Shown here piece after piece: positions 35,754 to 38,920 of a stretch of 38,920 nt of DNA. How positions within the stretch are numbered: the stretch's first letter is position 1; each line of letters opens with the position of its first letter. Location of the stretch: NCBI GenBank assembly GCA_051941275.1, contig JAVEBF010000052.1:1-38920 (forward strand). The letters run 5' to 3'. The notes below the pieces were generated by a model. The model saw nothing but the letters and a program-made list of their open reading frames with translations, did no database searches and was not told where the DNA came from. The position numbers and the translations under genes are program-made. The stretch comes from Dirinaria sp. TL-2023a. Lineage: Eukaryota.

Positions 35754-38212
35754 CATCTTGTTGAGCCTTGCAATTGCAGAGATAAAGGTCTAGGTACGTC
35801 GGTACCTGGCCTAAGTGCTTCCGAGCTTTGCATGAACCAAGGGATTGTATGACCGCACGCGTTCCGAACCACTTGCTGTAGCCCTAAATTTTGTTTAATT
35901 TCTGGATCTTGGGCAGAATACATTTGCCGGATACAAATTTATGCAGATTGAGCGTTGAAAGAAATCTGTGCGAATGGGCGTCTCTCTTTTCGCGTCTTTC
36001 CCTACAATCTCACAACCGATTCAGTCGGCACGTTCAGCATTCTGTCTACCGCTCACACGACGCTTCATATCCGAACAGAAAGATCCATTGACGTTAGAAT
36101 TCTCAGGACAAACATTAACGCAAGCTGGGTTAGCAAAGCCGACAAAACACGACCAATCCAACAATTCTCACCGGCACATCCTCATGGTACTAACGACGCC
36201 CAGCGATTTAACAATCGATTCAACAACAATACTATAATATGAAGAGACCAAAATATTCCTTCTCGCGGACAATAGAAGACCGGAGTAGTCGGTTACTCGT
36301 AATGTCAAGCGTCAAATATTCCATTGAGGGACTAGGCAGAAGCAATTCTTTGCTGCTGAAGCTTATTTCAAGCTATTGTAGGCCAGGATCGCTTCGCTGA
36401 TGGTCGCAGCAAAACGGTTTTTGATACAAAGTGCTGGGTCCGAACTAAAAGTAAAATGGGTATAGCGCGTCACTTCTCCAGAATATTCCGGCTTCCCAAG
36501 CACATCATCGTATTGTCTATGAATCCGTCCTCGCCGCCGAGTACAGCCACTTGTCGGCTCAATGGAAGGGAAGACCTGATGATGCGGGTTACGGGGGTGA
36601 ACCGAAGACCAGAGAATCTCAGACCAGAACTTCTCTAGCTATACTCCAGGCTATTAAGCAAATCAAATTGGAGGCTTCCATCCTACCCTGTGGAGATATA
36701 TTCTTTAATACGACCTTACCGCGGAGTCTATCCAGAATTGAAACACGCTAGACAGGTGGCCGACTCACGATGAGTCTTTTCAAGCTTTGTCAAAGCGATT
36801 GAGCTTGCTTTGCCAAAGTTCGCACGTCAAGCTCACTTCTCGTCACATGACCGAAAACAGCCCCATGGTATTATGATGCAGAGGATGCCCATTCGAGGTA
36901 TTTGCGTCTATGTCAAAATTTCACGCTTATTTGCAACCTCCCTCAACTCCCAAGGAAGCAGTCTCAAAAATGTGATGATTGAGGTTGTCTGGAAATGACT
37001 TCTTCGATGCGCGCTGAAAATGTCACGCAACACGGCCTGTGCCAAAGCAGTATGGAACAGAGTCGACAAAATCCACATAGATAGGATCAAGTCAGACTAG
37101 TCGCAAAACTCAGATTGATGAGAGGCGCAAGAGATATGTTCCGACTGTTCTGGCTTCGGTGAGCTTATCAATCATACAAACCAGCCACAGCTATCCGGCC
37201 CGTGAACTTGATGATCTCCTTTACCAAACATACGAGAACCGAGGTGTATCCAGCGTTCGACATCCTAAAGGCGGTAATGAAAAGCAGAAGCAAGATATGA
37301 GAACATACCACGTCCGTGACAACCTATCTCGAATTGAGATCCATGGCATGACTACACCTCGACGAAAAGCCATAGGTTGCTAGGAGACTTAACAATGTCT
37401 GGTGCTAGTGGTTCATTGTAAAGGCAACGAGTAATACAGCCGACAGTAACCCTGGTCAAGAATCGCGGCGACAATAGAGGTGATCGCTGAGTGTGAGAGG
37501 AAATTTTCTATGAGAGGAGGTTGCCTCAAAAACGGTAATCGAAAATTATCGAAGAAGTGAAAAGGACCAGGACTTGCACGGCATAAATGATAGATCGAGC
37601 AACGCTAGAAAGGAACTTCCTCAATGTCGGTATCAAAATTATTTTACCACTGCTTTTAGCCTCAAAGGCTGAATCTCTTGCACAGAAAGCTCGATATCAT
37701 CACCTGCCGAGAATTCTCATCTCAAATGAAAGACGAGACGGGAAGAATATTCTGATGCCAATATCGATGGACCACTTACCGACGTTAGCACTTGGCATGA
37801 GATTACGTCCATTGCTTCTCCAGAATTGAAGGAAATAAGTTAGTAGCCTCTTGAAAATCTATTACTATTCTCTGGCCATGGCTGATGAATATCAGCACCG
37901 GATCGATTGTCGAGGGCGAAAGCATCAACCACCAGGTCGACCGTGGCTGCGGTGCTCCTGAACGTTTCCTCCCAAGCAGTCTTGAGGCGCAAAGCTATGC
38001 GCAAGAGCGCGAGTCGGGGAAGCGATCCGTCTTGGCTCCATGTTTTAACCTTCTGACGCTTTTTTATCATTTCAGCCGTCGCAAAACTACACCTTAGATG
38101 GCGAAGCCTCCGCACGTCGCACGAGAGCTTGAATTTGGCAGAGAAACTTGCGCCCAACAAACTTTACGGCTTGTTTGAATACTAGAGATTACGGTCACTT
38201 TAGCCTCTTAGA

Positions 38213-38881
38213 ATGAAGGTTTTCAGCTTCTGCGGACTGTTTAGAGGCCTGTATACCAGTCTTTCCCTTGTCGCCTTTAGTCACGTCTCTGCGGCGGCGG
38301 TTGCACTCGATGCTCAGCCATCACACAAGTTCCGTTCCACGAGAGAGCATGCATCAACAGGATATCCTGCGACAGATCAGGAACATCATGAGGCTCATAC
38401 CCGAGCACTGTCCCTGGACGACGTCAGAGGTCCTGTCTTCCCTCAGCGTAGGCAACCATTGCCTCCACTACTCTCACCATCCCTCGCCCGGCGCTCGTTC
38501 CACGAAATCTTAAATATAAGTTACCACATTATTTCCATCGACTACATTGAGCCCGCCAAAGAGGAAATGACCCAAATCATCAAGGAATATCAAGACAACA
38601 TGTCAAAATTCTATTCCTACTGCAACGCCATTGACGCTACAGCTCCCTCCTCGCATTTTTCGCTTACTCTCGGATCCATCAGGTTCACCTTCTGGTCACC
38701 CGCGTTTATAGCGTGGTCTTTCGTGAGCTCGATTTTGAAGATGCTGTTGCTTTTGGGTTTGACGTGGCCAGTCCTTGTCAAGAGGTTTTGGGTCTTGACC
38801 AAGGACTTGATTGCCGTACTCGTGCTATTGGAGTTTATAGAGAGGGGTGTAAGGGTAAGAGAAGGCGCTTTGATTGGCTAA
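38213..38881 (+). CDS. Putative secreted protein of unknown function, 222 aa, single exon
   Basis: Uninterrupted ATG ORF with a hydrophobic N-terminus, dibasic RR sites, and a C-terminal LGSIRFTFWS..IAWSFV segment reminiscent of lichen-fungal secreted families. Confidence 0.6.
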   Translation: MKVFSFCGLFRGLYTSLSLVAFSHVSAAAVALDAQPSHKFRSTREHASTGYPATDQEHHEAHTRALSLDDVRGPVFPQRRQPLPPLLSPSLARRSFHEILNISYHIISIDYIEPAKEEMTQIIKEYQDNMSKFYSYCNAIDATAPSSHFSLTLGSIRFTFWSPAFIAWSFVSSILKMLLLLGLTWPVLVKRFWVLTKDLIAVLVLLEFIERGVRVREGALIG

Positions 38882-38920
38882 AAGAACTACTTGTTGTGAT
38901 GCGCGAGAGCTATGATCGTC

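Noticed and set aside
35900..38160. Many 60-106 aa ORFs between the GPCR and the last gene
   Set aside because: Lengths are as expected by chance, many have non-ATG starts, and none shows domain signatures or terminal repeats indicating a mobile element.

Overview
Intron-containing eukaryotic DNA from a filamentous ascomycete. Introns are short (about 45-145 nt, GT..AG) with CTRAC/CTAAY branch sites. The small secreted-protein families suggest a lichen-forming Lecanoromycete (inference). I reconstructed about 14 gene models by hand. In order: a secreted protein running off the left edge, an IMPACT/UPF0029 protein, a DUF924 protein, a pisatin-demethylase-like P450, a PTH11-like 7TM protein, a secreted TNT-domain NAD+ glycohydrolase (fungal NADase), a 707-aa secreted beta-rich protein ending in three defensin-like 6-Cys modules, a Cys-rich secreted protein, a DHA1-type MFS transporter, a small secreted protein (possibly KP4-like), a Tle1/DUF2235 lipase carrying a premature stop and a probable frameshift, a CYP7/8-like P450 followed by a cAMP-receptor-like GPCR, and a final secreted protein. 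No rRNA, tRNA, CRISPR array or intact transposon was seen. The main leads are (i) the divergent pair of NADase and putative binding/delivery protein inside a ~19 kb stretch rich in toxin-like secreted genes, and (ii) two separate pairings of an atypical P450 with a 7TM receptor. Exon coordinates come from manual splice-site and frame reading; family names come from recognised motifs, not from database searches.
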